Positions 45,935 through 57,310 of a stretch of DNA of 64,000 bases are shown piece by piece; positions within the stretch are counted from its first letter, which is position 1; each line of letters begins with the position of its first letter. The notes beneath the pieces are model-generated. The model saw nothing but the letters and a program-made list of their open reading frames with translations, was not told the DNA's origin and did not search any database. The stretch covers positions 64,001-128,000 of the IMG/VR virus record IMGVR_UViG_2654587505_000001. The stretch is one strand, 5' to 3'. Source of the DNA: a virus (taxonomy: Duplodnaviria > Caudoviricetes). The position numbers were made by a program, and so were the translations under genes.

Positions 45935-46786
45935 TTGAATAAAAAATATATAAAATCGCCTATGAATTATATTGGGGGAAAATATAAATTACTCCCACAA
46001 TTACTGCCGCTTTTTCCTGAAAATATTGGCACATTTGTTGATTTGTTTGCTGGTGGTTGTAATGTAGGAATTAACATTGAAGCCAAAAAAGTGATTTGTA
46101 ACGATAAGGAACAAGCTATTATAAATTTATACAATGAGTGCAAGAAACATTCAAGCGAAGTAATGCTAGAAATTTTAGATAAAACAATTAAAAAATATGA
46201 ACTTTCTAAAACAAATCAAGAAGGATATTTAAAATTAAGAAACGATTATAATAGTGGGAATAGATCGTGGTATATGTTTTACGCATTACTAACTCATTCC
46301 TTCAATAATCAATTTCGATTTAATTCTAAAGGCGAATTTAATATGTCTTTTGGGAAAAATAGAAGTAGTTTTAATCCTACTTTAAGACGACATTTTATAG
46401 CTTTTGTGAATATCTTAAAACAGAAAAATATTGTGTTTACAAATAAAGATTACAAGAAGTTAACTATTGGAAAACTAAAAGAAGGAGACTTTGTATATTG
46501 TGATCCGCCATATTTAATCACTACAGCAACATATAATGAACAAGGTGGATGGACAGAAAAAGATGAAAAAGAACTATTGTATATGCTTGATTATTTAGAT
46601 ATACATAAAGTTAAATTTGCTCTATCTAATGTTTTAATACATAAAGGAAAAGAAAATAAAATTTTACAGGAATGGTCAAATAAATATAAAGTGCATAAAA
46701 TGGATTATAATTATGCAAATTGTAATTATCAGTCAAAAATAAAAAATAAAGACAGTACAATTGAAGTTCTTATTACAAATTATTAA
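45935..46786 (+). CDS. Dam/D12-class N6-adenine methyltransferase
   Basis: YIGGKY, DLFAGG, FNSKGEFN and YCDPPY; likely TTG start. Confidence 0.9.
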   Translation: MNKKYIKSPMNYIGGKYKLLPQLLPLFPENIGTFVDLFAGGCNVGINIEAKKVICNDKEQAIINLYNECKKHSSEVMLEILDKTIKKYELSKTNQEGYLKLRNDYNSGNRSWYMFYALLTHSFNNQFRFNSKGEFNMSFGKNRSSFNPTLRRHFIAFVNILKQKNIVFTNKDYKKLTIGKLKEGDFVYCDPPYLITTATYNEQGGWTEKDEKELLYMLDYLDIHKVKFALSNVLIHKGKENKILQEWSNKYKVHKMDYNYANCNYQSKIKNKDSTIEVLITNY

Positions 46787-46844
46787 AGATAATAAAAATC
46801 TGATTTTTATCTGTTAAAAATAAAATAATTAAGGATGGTGTATT

Positions 46845-47567
46845 TTGAGTAAAAAATTATTGGGAAGCTTAGAGTTAAATAGAGTTTATCAACGAGACAC
46901 GCTTGAAGGTATGAAATTGATTCCAGATGAAAGTATTGATTTGACCGTCACCGATCCTCCTTATCTTATGAACTACCGAAGTAATCGGCGGGTTAAGCAA
47001 GAAAAATTCGACTATATCAAAAACGACAAAGATTCACATGAATTAATTTCTGAATACATAAAAGAATTATACAGAATACATAAAAATGATACGGCTGTTT
47101 ATATGTTTTGTTCTTGGCATCATATCGATTTTTTTAAACAAGAATTTGAAAAATATTTTACCTTAAAGAATTTAATTGTATGGAATAAGAACAATCACGG
47201 TTCAGGAGATTTAAAAGGATCATATGCTCCAAAACATGAATTGATTTTGTATGGTCATAAAGGAAGAAGTTTATTCCGTGATAAACGTATTCCCGATGTT
47301 ATTGATTTTGCAAAGATTCCAAGTGTCAAATTAACACATCCCACAGAAAAGCCAGTTGGACTTTTAGAAATTTTTATTAAAAATAATAGTGATGAAGGAA
47401 ATATTGTTTTTGATGGTTTTGGGGGAAGTGGTTCGACGTTCGTAGCAGCAAAGAATTTAAAACGAAATTATATTGGATTTGAAATTGAAAAACAGTACAT
47501 TGAAATGACAAATTTGCGTCTTGAATCAGAATATGATGAAGACACTGATTTTAAATTACTAAGCTAA
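46845..47567 (+). CDS. N4/N6 DNA methyltransferase
   Basis: TDPPY, HPTEKP, DGFGGSGST. Confidence 0.9.
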   Translation: MSKKLLGSLELNRVYQRDTLEGMKLIPDESIDLTVTDPPYLMNYRSNRRVKQEKFDYIKNDKDSHELISEYIKELYRIHKNDTAVYMFCSWHHIDFFKQEFEKYFTLKNLIVWNKNNHGSGDLKGSYAPKHELILYGHKGRSLFRDKRIPDVIDFAKIPSVKLTHPTEKPVGLLEIFIKNNSDEGNIVFDGFGGSGSTFVAAKNLKRNYIGFEIEKQYIEMTNLRLESEYDEDTDFKLLS

Positions 47568-48620
47568 TAAAGGCAAATTTCATTGGGAGACTTTAGAGAG
47601 GGTGATTACAGCAGCCCCATAAACAGTTTCCAACTAAACCTAAGCTTAAACCTTACAGTCCCAGATTTTGTTTTTTCATATACTATTTCCATATACTCAT
47701 CATCCTCCTACTATAAGAATCGTTTCTTCATTCTATATAGTTGCGAGAGAAGATAATATTACTCGATTTTGGTGTACTGTACTGTTTGTTAATAGAAACT
47801 TAATAAAAGAGCGATTTTAAGGGGGGTGAAAATTTGAATGAAGATCAAAAGTATAACTATTTCCGAGACAGTTATATTGATTTTATTACCGCTATGTTTA
47901 ACTGTGAAATTTCTGCAATGAACGCAGAAAACAAACAACGTGAAGTTCAAGGTGATAGCATGGCTTACATTGAAGAAGATTATTACAAAGTTTCTCGAAG
48001 ATATAAGATGATTGTTGATAAATATATTGAGAAAATGAATAAAGATATGAGAAAAATGAAAAGTCTATAAAACAATGCTTTCATGAGGAAGTGAGTTAAA
48101 ATTCTGAAATATCAAGAGATGTACGAAAGAGCATGTAACTACCGTAAAGCCGCTGGAATGAGAGAGTTAACATATACTGAACGGATGGAAGAAAAACTAT
48201 ATTTTCTTATTGATCTGAACAATCAATTGCTTGAACGACTTCAAGGAAAGACAAATGAATAAAATAATAAGATACATAAATGAGAATGAGATTGACGATA
48301 TGGTCACTGCAATTGTAAAGAGTGGTAAGGATTTAAAAAAGGTACTCTATGACATTCGTATGGCACGAGTTAAATTTCAAACAAAGTCACAACACTTACA
48401 ATGGGCATTGGAAAAATATTTACCTAAAGATGAGGAAGAATAGAATGTCAAAATCAATTGGATTATTTACAAAGGAAATGTTAGATAAAGCTAAGTTTGA
48501 TTGGTGTAACTTAAATGGAAAGTCGCTGCTAATCAGGGTTATAGAACAAGATGGTTGGAGATTCGTTTATGGTATGGAATCAAATAAGTTGTATCTTTTG
48601 GATCATAAGCTATTAAAATA

Positions 48621-48983
48621 GGGTATTCGGATTTTGTGGTGGAACAACTGGAAATAAAACGTCAATTGAGGTGATAAAATGAATCCAAAGTTTCAGACTA
48701 TAGTAGATGAATTTAAGAAGCATAACGTTATATTCGGTGACGATGAATTGATACATGATATTCTCGAAAAAAGTGATATTTCAATTGATGAGTTACCCGA
48801 ATTTGCTACGTTCTTAGCGGAGGAGTACGAAAGAACAAAAGACGACAAGGTAGAACAATTGCAATACGGAATTAATTTTATTTTTGAGACGAGAAGAGAA
48901 GGTTATAAAGTAAACTACAGATCTAAGTATATCAATTAATTGGAAACCATTAAGATTCATTCCACCACACAATCCGAAAAGCC
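48621..48983. mobile_element. Non-autonomous ISL3-like cassette carrying ORF 48679-48939
   Basis: 24-bp imperfect IRs gggtattcggattttgtggtggaa / ttccaccacacaatccgaaaagcc; 8-bp TSD ttaaaata (48613-48620, 48984-48991). Confidence 0.8.
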
Positions 48984-49433
48984 TTAAAATAGTGTTTTTA
49001 TTGGAAAGGAGCAAGGAACAATGTTTTGGATATTATTCTACTTAGTCACTGGAATCACAATATTGCTATTATTGAGGGGATATCAATATTTTTCACCACC
49101 TTCAAGACTGGTGCAGATTAATAAGGGTACATATCAATTCAAAGATTATATCGAGATGCCTGAATGGTTGTGGCGAATTATATTAACGATTTTTTGGCTA
49201 CCCTACATAATTGCACTATTTATAACAATTAGAAAACATCCACCATTTTAAATCCTACGAAATGGTGGTTTTATTGGAGGAAAATAAAAAATGAAAAGAG
49301 TAAGTAGAATGACACCAGAAGAATTTAGTGACAGAGCAGATTTATTTTTAAGAGGAGTTATTGTGGGTGCAATAATTGCGGGTTCTGTTTGGTTAATTGC
49401 ATCACATTATAATACATAAAATTATTCTTTCAT

Positions 49434-51820
49434 AGAGAGTGAATGTGGGCTTGAGGAAATAGGTACTCACACATTGCGAAAGACATTCGGCTATCACTTT
49501 TACCAGAAGACGAAGGATGTGGCGATGCTGCAGAACATATTCAACCATGCGTACCCGTCGCTCACGATGAGATATATTGGTATCAATCAAGACATGATTG
49601 ATAATGCAGTAAGCAAATTCACTCTTTAGGAGGGTATACATGAAAACGGTCATTAAACTCCCAAAGGATTGTACGTGCGGCGGCACTATATTTACAGATT
49701 CCATGTGCATGCCTTGTTTAAAACAAGCAGAGGAAAAGCTGCTTAATAAAATCGATGAACTTCAAGAACAGTTAGATGAGTACGAGTCTAGCTTGGACAT
49801 AATCCAATGGCATATCCGGAATCCAATCTGCCCCGGCGGGTGCGGTGAAAACACTGCACATTGCCAGTGTTGTGAAGAGGAAGACGAAGAGTAATGCAAA
49901 GGTTTGAATATCGAAGGACTTGGGGGGATAAGAGTGAAAATTGATCAAGTTGAATACGAAATTCTAAAGGTATGGGTTGAAATGTTGGAGTGTGATGAAA
50001 CTGCTGCAGTAATCGATGAAATGAAAGGTTTGATTGCAGCTTATGAACAATCGTGAATACGGAAATACATGAGGAGGGTTTGAACGTGATCGAATGGGTT
50101 GAATATGACAGGAACAGCAGAGCGATTGAAAGCCACGTTAATCACCTGATTACGGACGGCCGGAATGTTTGGATTGCCCAACATGCTAAATATAAATACC
50201 GTGATGGTTATGGCTGGCATGAAGATAGAGAACCACTAAGTCTGCCGGTTACGCATTGGGCGAAGATCAATTTACCTGAGGAAGAAATATGAGGAGATTG
50301 AGCAACATGGGCGGTGGTCGGTTCGAGTATCACCCAGAAGAATTAGATCGTAGGCGCGAAATTCGTGAAGATCGCTATGCAACAGCATTTTGCAACGTAT
50401 TAACCGCAATTGAATCTGAATTAGCCAAGTGTGACGGTGACATTGTAACGCGTGACAGTTTGGAAGATTGGCTTTATAAGAGATTGGTGCAGGAAAGATT
50501 GCGAAAGGACTAAGGTCAAATAAAGGCGGCAAGCCGCAAAATAGAAGGAGGGATAGATACATGGATAAACAGAAGTCAGCAAATTACACTTACAAACTCT
50601 TCTACGAAGATATAGAGGACGGTTTCAAGGAAAAAGAAGCTGCAACGCTCGAAAGCGAAAATCCACTGGACGAAAAGTATCTCGAATACAAATGCAGCAT
50701 GTACGCCGATATGTACGGACTTGGGTATGTCACTTGGCGCGAGGTGTAGATACATGGAACTGATTGATAAACAGAAACTGCAAGAAATCGAGCGGATCGC
50801 AGGCTCCAACGAGTTTTGGGCGCTTGGTTCGGGCGAGCATCTGAACATGATCGACACACTAATTGATTTTGTCCACTCCACCCAAGAGGAGATAGCCAAA
50901 GAATCGAAATTAAAGCACGAAGCATACAACAATCTAACTAGATGCCACGAACAGATGAGTGATTTTGCTGAGGAAATAGCCAAACTGAGACGGCAACGCG
51001 ACGAGGCTAGAGAAGGGGCCGAAGAGTCGCAAAACGATTACATCAATGCCAAATACAAAAACGATGCCCTTGAAGCAAGAGCAATACAGGCAGAACAGGA
51101 ACGGAATGCACTACTGGAAGGAATGAAGAAGATCGCAGAGTTCAAGAAAGGCGAGGCGCTTGTTTATGTGACGGAGATTAAAAACATCGCCCGTTCCTTC
51201 ATCGCCAAGATCGAAGGGAAATAACCATATACGGCTACCGCTGTCGCTGAGTATTTCGGTCGACTCGAAGGCGGCAAGCCGCAAAACATAAGGAGGAACA
51301 AAGATGCTATGTAAAGCTAGTGAAATTAAAGTGTACCTTGTAGTCGAATATGTTGGGAAAACGATAGAAGACGAGATAGAGGAATTCCTCGAAAATCACC
51401 CCAATAAAGTGATTATCGATATCAAATTTGCGATCATGCAAAACGGTGAAAAGGTGAACGAGGTTTACCGCGAAGCTCTCATCATCTACAAGGAGGTTCC
51501 ACATGGAACTGATTGATAAACAGAAACTCATGAAGAACGAATACGAGATTCGAGGTGAGATTACGGCTATCTTAATAGACAGTCCTAAGTATGGACGCAA
51601 AGAGGCTTTAATCAGCACATCGGATTTGGAGAAGGTATCAGCGCTCGCCGGAACATGGCACGTGCAATACAGGAAGTCTATCAACGATTTTTATTGTCAG
51701 ATGCATACCCCTTGGGTCAATGGAAAAAGAGACGTAATCCTGCTTCATCGCTTTATCTTGGACTCGCTCGACGGAATGCAAGTAGACCACATGAACAACC
51801 GCACTTTGGACAATGGTACA
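49434..51820 (+). other. Visibly higher-GC foreign phage segment with about 8 ORFs, ending in a truncated HNH gene (51503-51850)
   Basis: More CG-rich codons; no junction sites inside; LHRFI..VDHMNNRTLDN is cut off. Confidence 0.65.
49441..49629 (+). pseudogene. C-terminal fragment of a tyrosine recombinase
   Basis: ECGLEEIGTHTLRKTFGYHFY...IFNH..P..TMRYIG; no start codon, and an in-frame stop lies inside the junction site just upstream. Confidence 0.85.
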
Positions 51821-51964
51821 GGAAGGTATGGAGTGGAAATGAAGACATAATTCAAGCATTAAGAAGTAACCTAATGTTTTGGTCGTTATTTTGGTGCGAG
51901 TCGAGGTGTGGTGGGCATCACAAATTCGTATTATCAAATATAAAATAATAGGGAGTTAAAGTAA

Positions 51965-54134
51965 ATGTCGTTTAAACAAGATTGTGTTGAAGCATTTATT
52001 GAAAGATTAGAAGAACAAAAGTTGGATAGTTACAGTATTGAAATTGCTAAACAATCCTTTATGTCTGGTTTTGAATTTGGATCATTAAATGGAGCAAGTG
52101 ATGATATAAAGAAGGGAGTAGTAAATCAATTGAAACCAATTAAGGATAAAAAGGCAAAAGAAATAATTGAAAAGTTAAGACTCTTTAGATAATGAAACTT
52201 GGCTTCATGAGGAGGAAGAATGAAAAAATACTGGGTTGGATGTTTTCAATTAACTCCATTTTATAACGATAGGTTACAAGAAAGTATTTTTAAAAATATG
52301 GTCATTACTGATGAATATCTTGATGAACTTGGAGACCAATTTCAAAACACAGTAGCGAAACACGAACGAGGATGGACTTTTGATGAGTGGTGTGCTGAAA
52401 TGGTGGGTACATTTCTATGGGGAACTACCATCAAATAAAGAATTTATGAGGAGATGAAGATATGATAGATCATTTAAAGAAGCATTCACTACTATATGTG
52501 ATTGGCATTATAGTTGTGGTTTTCGGTGTACTTTTTCCAGACTTCAGTATCGAAATTTACGGAGGATTAGCTTGGTTGGCAGTAATCACAAGCAATGTAG
52601 TTGGTTTATTAATGGTTTACTGTGGGATTTTCGGAGGAACTATATCTTATACCTCAGAAGGCTTAATCCCAACTCTAAGACGGTGGCTTAAAAAATCCAA
52701 ATAAAAGCAGCAATTCATTAGAATTAATATAGGAGAAAATATAAATTGAATAAGAGTGTATTTCTGTATGTATATGGTGGAGATTTTTCTGCACAGGATT
52801 TTGAGCAGAAGTTCAATCCAGATGAATTTTATGAAGCAATGCTAATTGAAGATGTAAAATATAAAGTAATCGAAGATGATGAGTCTTACATTGAAGTGAA
52901 AATAAAAGAATATGATGGTGACATTAGCGATGAAGCTATTGAGTTCATCAAGAATTTGCTTTGTGATGATGATGACTTAAAACATAGTAATTTGTATAAG
53001 GTAAACTAGGATAAAGCTCAACTTTTATTAGGAAAAAGGAGAAATTAAATGGTTTATATTGTAACAGTTGACAATAAGGGATTTACAAGTAGAGAAGATG
53101 CTTTGAAATATCTTGAGGAGAATTTTTTGATTGAGCAATCAGATATGAATGAACCTGATGAGATTGTAGCAAAGATTAAAAATATTCTTCCTGATGGTAT
53201 TACAGTGAATCTATCGTATAATACAAATGGCTGGGGTAAATACAAAATTGAAGTAGGTAATGATGATTTTATTATTGATACATATCTGGAAACTGAAAAT
53301 AAAAATCCATACGGAGGATTATATACATCAATCGGTGAAGTAATTGGGTTTTATTCTTGGTCTATCCCTTGTGTACTCGAAATTCTAAATAAAGTAACAG
53401 AACGATACAAATTTAAACAATTCAAACTCGATAGGTATCATGATGATTACGGAAATGGACATTATTTTGAATTTCATTATGAAACTGTGGAAGGCAATTC
53501 ATACCAAATAACATATGAAGGTGGAAATATTGATGAATTCATTGCTCAATTTGAGTAGCATTTTTTAACTGAACTTGTTGGAGATTTCGTAGAAGCTCGT
53601 GATAATGGATACTTTGAAGATTATTGTATTAATAATATTCCAATTAGAGGTCTTTTGGAACGAGCAAGAAACATGGGTAAAAAAGTAAAACTAGAAATTG
53701 TAGATTGACCATAAAATCGTGATTTCATTTGGAAAAAGGAGAAGTGTAAGATGCAGGTTATCAGGGAGCAAACTGACTATATAGTAAAAATCTCTGCTGA
53801 AGATTTGAAGGATATGTGGTGGTTTTTCAATGATTATTTGATCGAAAACCCGTTTAGATATGAGGACAATGAAACAAAGTGGGATGTCGCTAAGAAATAC
53901 ACTGACTCTTTTAAGTTTGTGGTAAGTAAATAAAATTGTAAATTTATTTGGAAGGTGGATTAATATGGAGTGGATTTTAGCATTAAAAGTTTTATTTTTA
54001 TTCCTTGGTGTTTGGTGGACATTAGTTAATACAGGTAAGTTTTTCAAAAACAATGATATTCCAAGTTGGAATATATTTCTTCAAGCATTAGGCATCGTAG
54101 GTTTTATTGTTCTACAGTTTGATTTACTTCAGAT
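51965..54134 (+). other. Array of small hypothetical ORFs, two predicted membrane (52462-52704 and about 53965-54136)
   Basis: RBS-bearing ORFs separated by junction sites. Confidence 0.7.
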
Positions 54135-54172
54135 AAAATAGAGAATTTCATCCGAAAGGAGAGGTAAAAATA

Positions 54173-54637
54173 ATTGATCCAACTCAAGATGGAATAACTC
54201 ATGTAAACATTTATAGTCAAGGAAAAACTGAACTTGGTAAAATGCTTAGTAATTTTTATCGATTCGATATAGCAACCAAAGATGGGAATTTTAGTTCTGT
54301 TGAAGGTTATTGGTACTGGCTAGGCATTGAGGATTGTAAAGAGAAAGAGGTATTAAGAAACCTCAGTGGATATTCAGCGAAAAAGACTGGAACAGAATTA
54401 AAAAAGAAATACAAAGAAAGACATGATGAAGAGTTTCAAAATAAAATATTGAAAGCAATATGGTATAAGGTAAAAAGAAATGTAGGTATGTTTGATAGTA
54501 AAATTGCTGTGCTACCATTAGAGCATTACTATAATTTTGGTGGCAAAGTTGTGGACGTAAAAGGAAAATACATATGGATGTTTGAAGGAATAGAGAAAAT
54601 GAGAGATTATGTTTTAAAAAATACAATAAAAAGTTAG
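54173..54637 (+). CDS. Conserved-looking phage protein, possibly NADAR-like; probable ATT/ATA start
   Basis: DGITHVNIYSQGKTELGKMLSNF...FSSVEGYWYWL. Confidence 0.5.
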   Translation: MDPTQDGITHVNIYSQGKTELGKMLSNFYRFDIATKDGNFSSVEGYWYWLGIEDCKEKEVLRNLSGYSAKKTGTELKKKYKERHDEEFQNKILKAIWYKVKRNVGMFDSKIAVLPLEHYYNFGGKVVDVKGKYIWMFEGIEKMRDYVLKNTIKS

Positions 54638-54674
54638 CTTCACGGGGAAATTAAAAAAAGGAGAGAATAAAATA

Positions 54675-55190
54675 ATGCCAAATTTATATCAAGTAGCTGA
54701 ACAATATAGACAATTTTATAATTACATGGATGAAGTCTTATCTTCAGATGAAGATTTTACAGAAGAAGATTTGCAACTATACTTTGAAACTTTAGAATCT
54801 ATAGAAGATAATCTAGAACAAAAGCTTGAAAACACAATTAAATTCCTCCGTAATATTGAAGGTGACATTGAAGCATTTAAAAAAGAAAAGCAAAGACTTG
54901 AGCGTAAGCAACGATATCTTCAAAATACATATGATCGATTAAAACAATGGATGAAAGACTCTCTTGAGTTGAATGGAATCGATAAGATGAATGCAGGAAA
55001 TTTCAAAGTTCGATTGCAAAAGAATAATCCTTCTGTGGAAGTGTATGATGTTGAAAAAGTACCAAAGCAATATGTTACTAAAACAGAAATCCATGTTGAT
55101 AAGAAATTATTGCTTACAGAATTAAAAGAAGGTAAACAGATTGATGGAGTTCAGTTGGCTCCAGAAGGAAAACATATTCGGATTAGTTAA
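54675..55190 (+). CDS. Siphovirus Gp157-family protein
   Basis: LYQVAEQY...KLENT..coiled coil..KNNPSVEV...DKK. Confidence 0.85.
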   Translation: MPNLYQVAEQYRQFYNYMDEVLSSDEDFTEEDLQLYFETLESIEDNLEQKLENTIKFLRNIEGDIEAFKKEKQRLERKQRYLQNTYDRLKQWMKDSLELNGIDKMNAGNFKVRLQKNNPSVEVYDVEKVPKQYVTKTEIHVDKKLLLTELKEGKQIDGVQLAPEGKHIRIS

Positions 55191-55377
55191 TTAAATATAA
55201 AAATAAAATATACATAACTATTGATTTTAAAATGTAAAAAATGCTATACTCATCATGCAAGTGAAGGTGAAGAGTATAGCTTTAAAAAAGGAGAGTGAAA
55301 AACAATTCCTAAAAACATTGACAAATATACTCAAAAGTGATAAATTATACTCATAAGACATACGAAAGGGGTATCTT

Positions 55378-56028
55378 ATGAGTAATCACTATAAGCCACA
55401 AGAATTTGCTGAAATGATCGGGGTATCAGTCAAGACCCTTCAGCGTTGGGATAGAGAAAAAACGCTTATAGCTAATCGTCATCCTTCAGGGAGAAGATAT
55501 TATACTCATAAGCAATATGTGGATTATATAGGTGAAAGTCAACCAAAAGGTAAAGTCGTTATTTACACAAGGGTTTCCACTTCTAACCAGAAAGACGATC
55601 TAGCGAATCAAGTTGAATTTCTCAAACAGTATGCCAATTCAAAAGGAATTATCGTCGATGAGATATTCGAAGATATAGGAAGTGGGCTTAATTACAATCG
55701 AAAAAAGTGGAACAAACTTCTTGAAGATTGTATGTTGGGTCATGTCTCAAAAATCTTGGTATCTCATAAAGATAGATTTATCCGATTTGGTTATAGTTGG
55801 TTTGAGAAATTTCTTGAATCTAATGGTGTAGAATTAGTTGTTGTAAATAACGAAAAACTTTCTCCGCAAGAGGAATTAGTGCAAGATTTAATAAGCATAA
55901 TTCATGTATTCTCTTGTAAAATCTATGGTCTTAGAAAGTATAAGAAAAAAATTCTGGAGGATGAAGATATTGCTAAAATCGTACAAGACAGAGATCATAT
56001 TGAACGAGCAACAGAAGAAGATATTTAA
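55378..56028 (+). CDS. tnpA: IS607 serine transposase
   Basis: MerR-like HTH (GVSVKTLQRWD), YTRVST..Q and DRFIRFG. Confidence 0.95.
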   Translation: MSNHYKPQEFAEMIGVSVKTLQRWDREKTLIANRHPSGRRYYTHKQYVDYIGESQPKGKVVIYTRVSTSNQKDDLANQVEFLKQYANSKGIIVDEIFEDIGSGLNYNRKKWNKLLEDCMLGHVSKILVSHKDRFIRFGYSWFEKFLESNGVELVVVNNEKLSPQEELVQDLISIIHVFSCKIYGLRKYKKKILEDEDIAKIVQDRDHIERATEEDI

Positions 56029-57139
56029 GCAAACTATAGGCGTTTGTCGTTTTGCTTATAACTTCTTTATTGCACACAACCAAGAGAAATACAAAAAATC
56101 AAATAAATTCATTTCAGGAATGGATTTTTCCAAATGGCTGAATAACGATTTTATTCCAAATAATCCTGAATATTCTTGGATTAAAGATGTGTATGCTAAA
56201 GCAGTTAAGCAATCAATCATGAACGCCGATAAAGCATTTCGAAAATTTTTCAAGGGTGAAAGCAGATTTCCAAGATTCAAAAAGAAGAAAAACCAAGATG
56301 TAAAAATGTACTTTGTAAAAAATGATGCAAAGACGGTTATTCCATGTGAACGCCATAGAATTAAGATTCCTACTCTTGGATGGGTGAAGATAAAAGAGAA
56401 AGGATACCTGCCCACAAATGCTACTATTAAAAGTGGGACAGTTTCACAGAAAACAGATCGATACTATGTCTCTGTATTAGTAGAAGAAGATGCTGCGTCT
56501 GAGAGTACTGATAGTAATGATGGAATTGGAGTTGACCTTGGATTAAAAGAATTTGCAGTAATATCTAGTCAGGATAGGCCAGTTAAAAATATCAATAAAA
56601 CAGCAAGAGTAAGAAAAATAGAAAAATCTCTGAAGCGACAGCAAAGAAAACTTTCGAGGAAATACGAAAGCGCTAAGAAAAATAAAAACAAAAAGGAGGA
56701 AACTGCTACTAGGCAAAACATCCATAAACAAGTTCTAAAGGTACAGAAACTTCATTATCGCCTATCTAATATTCGAGAGAATCATATTAATCAGACAATC
56801 AATATGATTATAAAGCAAAAGCCACGTTTTATAACGATTGAGGATTTGAATGTTAGGGGAATGATGAAGAATCGGCATTTAGCAAAAGCAGTGGCACAAC
56901 AATGTTTCAATCAATTCAAAACTAAACTTGAAGTTAAGTGTAAAATTAATGGGATTGAATTGAGAATTGTTGATCGTTTCTATCCATCCAGTAAACTTTG
57001 TTCGTGCTGTGGACATAGAAAGGTAGATTTGAAACTATCAGATCGAATTTATGTTTGCGATAATTGTGGAAACACGATGGATAGAGATATGAATGCTGCT
57101 GTAAATTTGAAAAATGCTAAAATCTACAAAGTAGCATAA
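55961..57139 (+). CDS. tnpB: TnpB endonuclease
   Basis: GVDLG, IEDL, DRDMNAA and Zn finger. Confidence 0.95.
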   Translation: MKILLKSYKTEIILNEQQKKIFKQTIGVCRFAYNFFIAHNQEKYKKSNKFISGMDFSKWLNNDFIPNNPEYSWIKDVYAKAVKQSIMNADKAFRKFFKGESRFPRFKKKKNQDVKMYFVKNDAKTVIPCERHRIKIPTLGWVKIKEKGYLPTNATIKSGTVSQKTDRYYVSVLVEEDAASESTDSNDGIGVDLGLKEFAVISSQDRPVKNINKTARVRKIEKSLKRQQRKLSRKYESAKKNKNKKEETATRQNIHKQVLKVQKLHYRLSNIRENHINQTINMIIKQKPRFITIEDLNVRGMMKNRHLAKAVAQQCFNQFKTKLEVKCKINGIELRIVDRFYPSSKLCSCCGHRKVDLKLSDRIYVCDNCGNTMDRDMNAAVNLKNAKIYKVA

Positions 57140-57310
57140 TCAAAAGCTAGTGTAGATATGTACCGTGGGCTACACGGGAATTTACGCCTGTGGAGTGTTG
57201 ATGAACCTGTAGTAGCGAGTATTTGGCGAGGCAGAGCACGTTGAAACAGGAATAATCTCGATATGGGTATATTTGTCCATATTTTGAGTAGCAGAGTGAA
57301 AAATGTTAAT
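57140..57310 (+). ncRNA. Putative omegaRNA of the IS607 TnpB
   Basis: Structured non-coding right end (taccgtgggctacacgggaatttacgcctgtggag...). Confidence 0.55.

Larger units (their letters stand above)
55292..57303 (+). mobile_element. IS607-family element
   Basis: Serine transposase plus TnpB; 11-bp repeat agagtgaaaaa at both ends; removing it rejoins the RBS to ORF 57303. Confidence 0.85.

Noticed and set aside
47600-47760. Minus-strand micro-ORF between sites 47567 and 47803
   Set aside because: The ORF after the RBS stops within 6 codons and alternative frames are 24 aa or shorter; no gene can be supported.
49441-49629. Cognate cassette recombinase
   Set aside because: It is only a 62-codon fragment with no start and belongs to the foreign segment.
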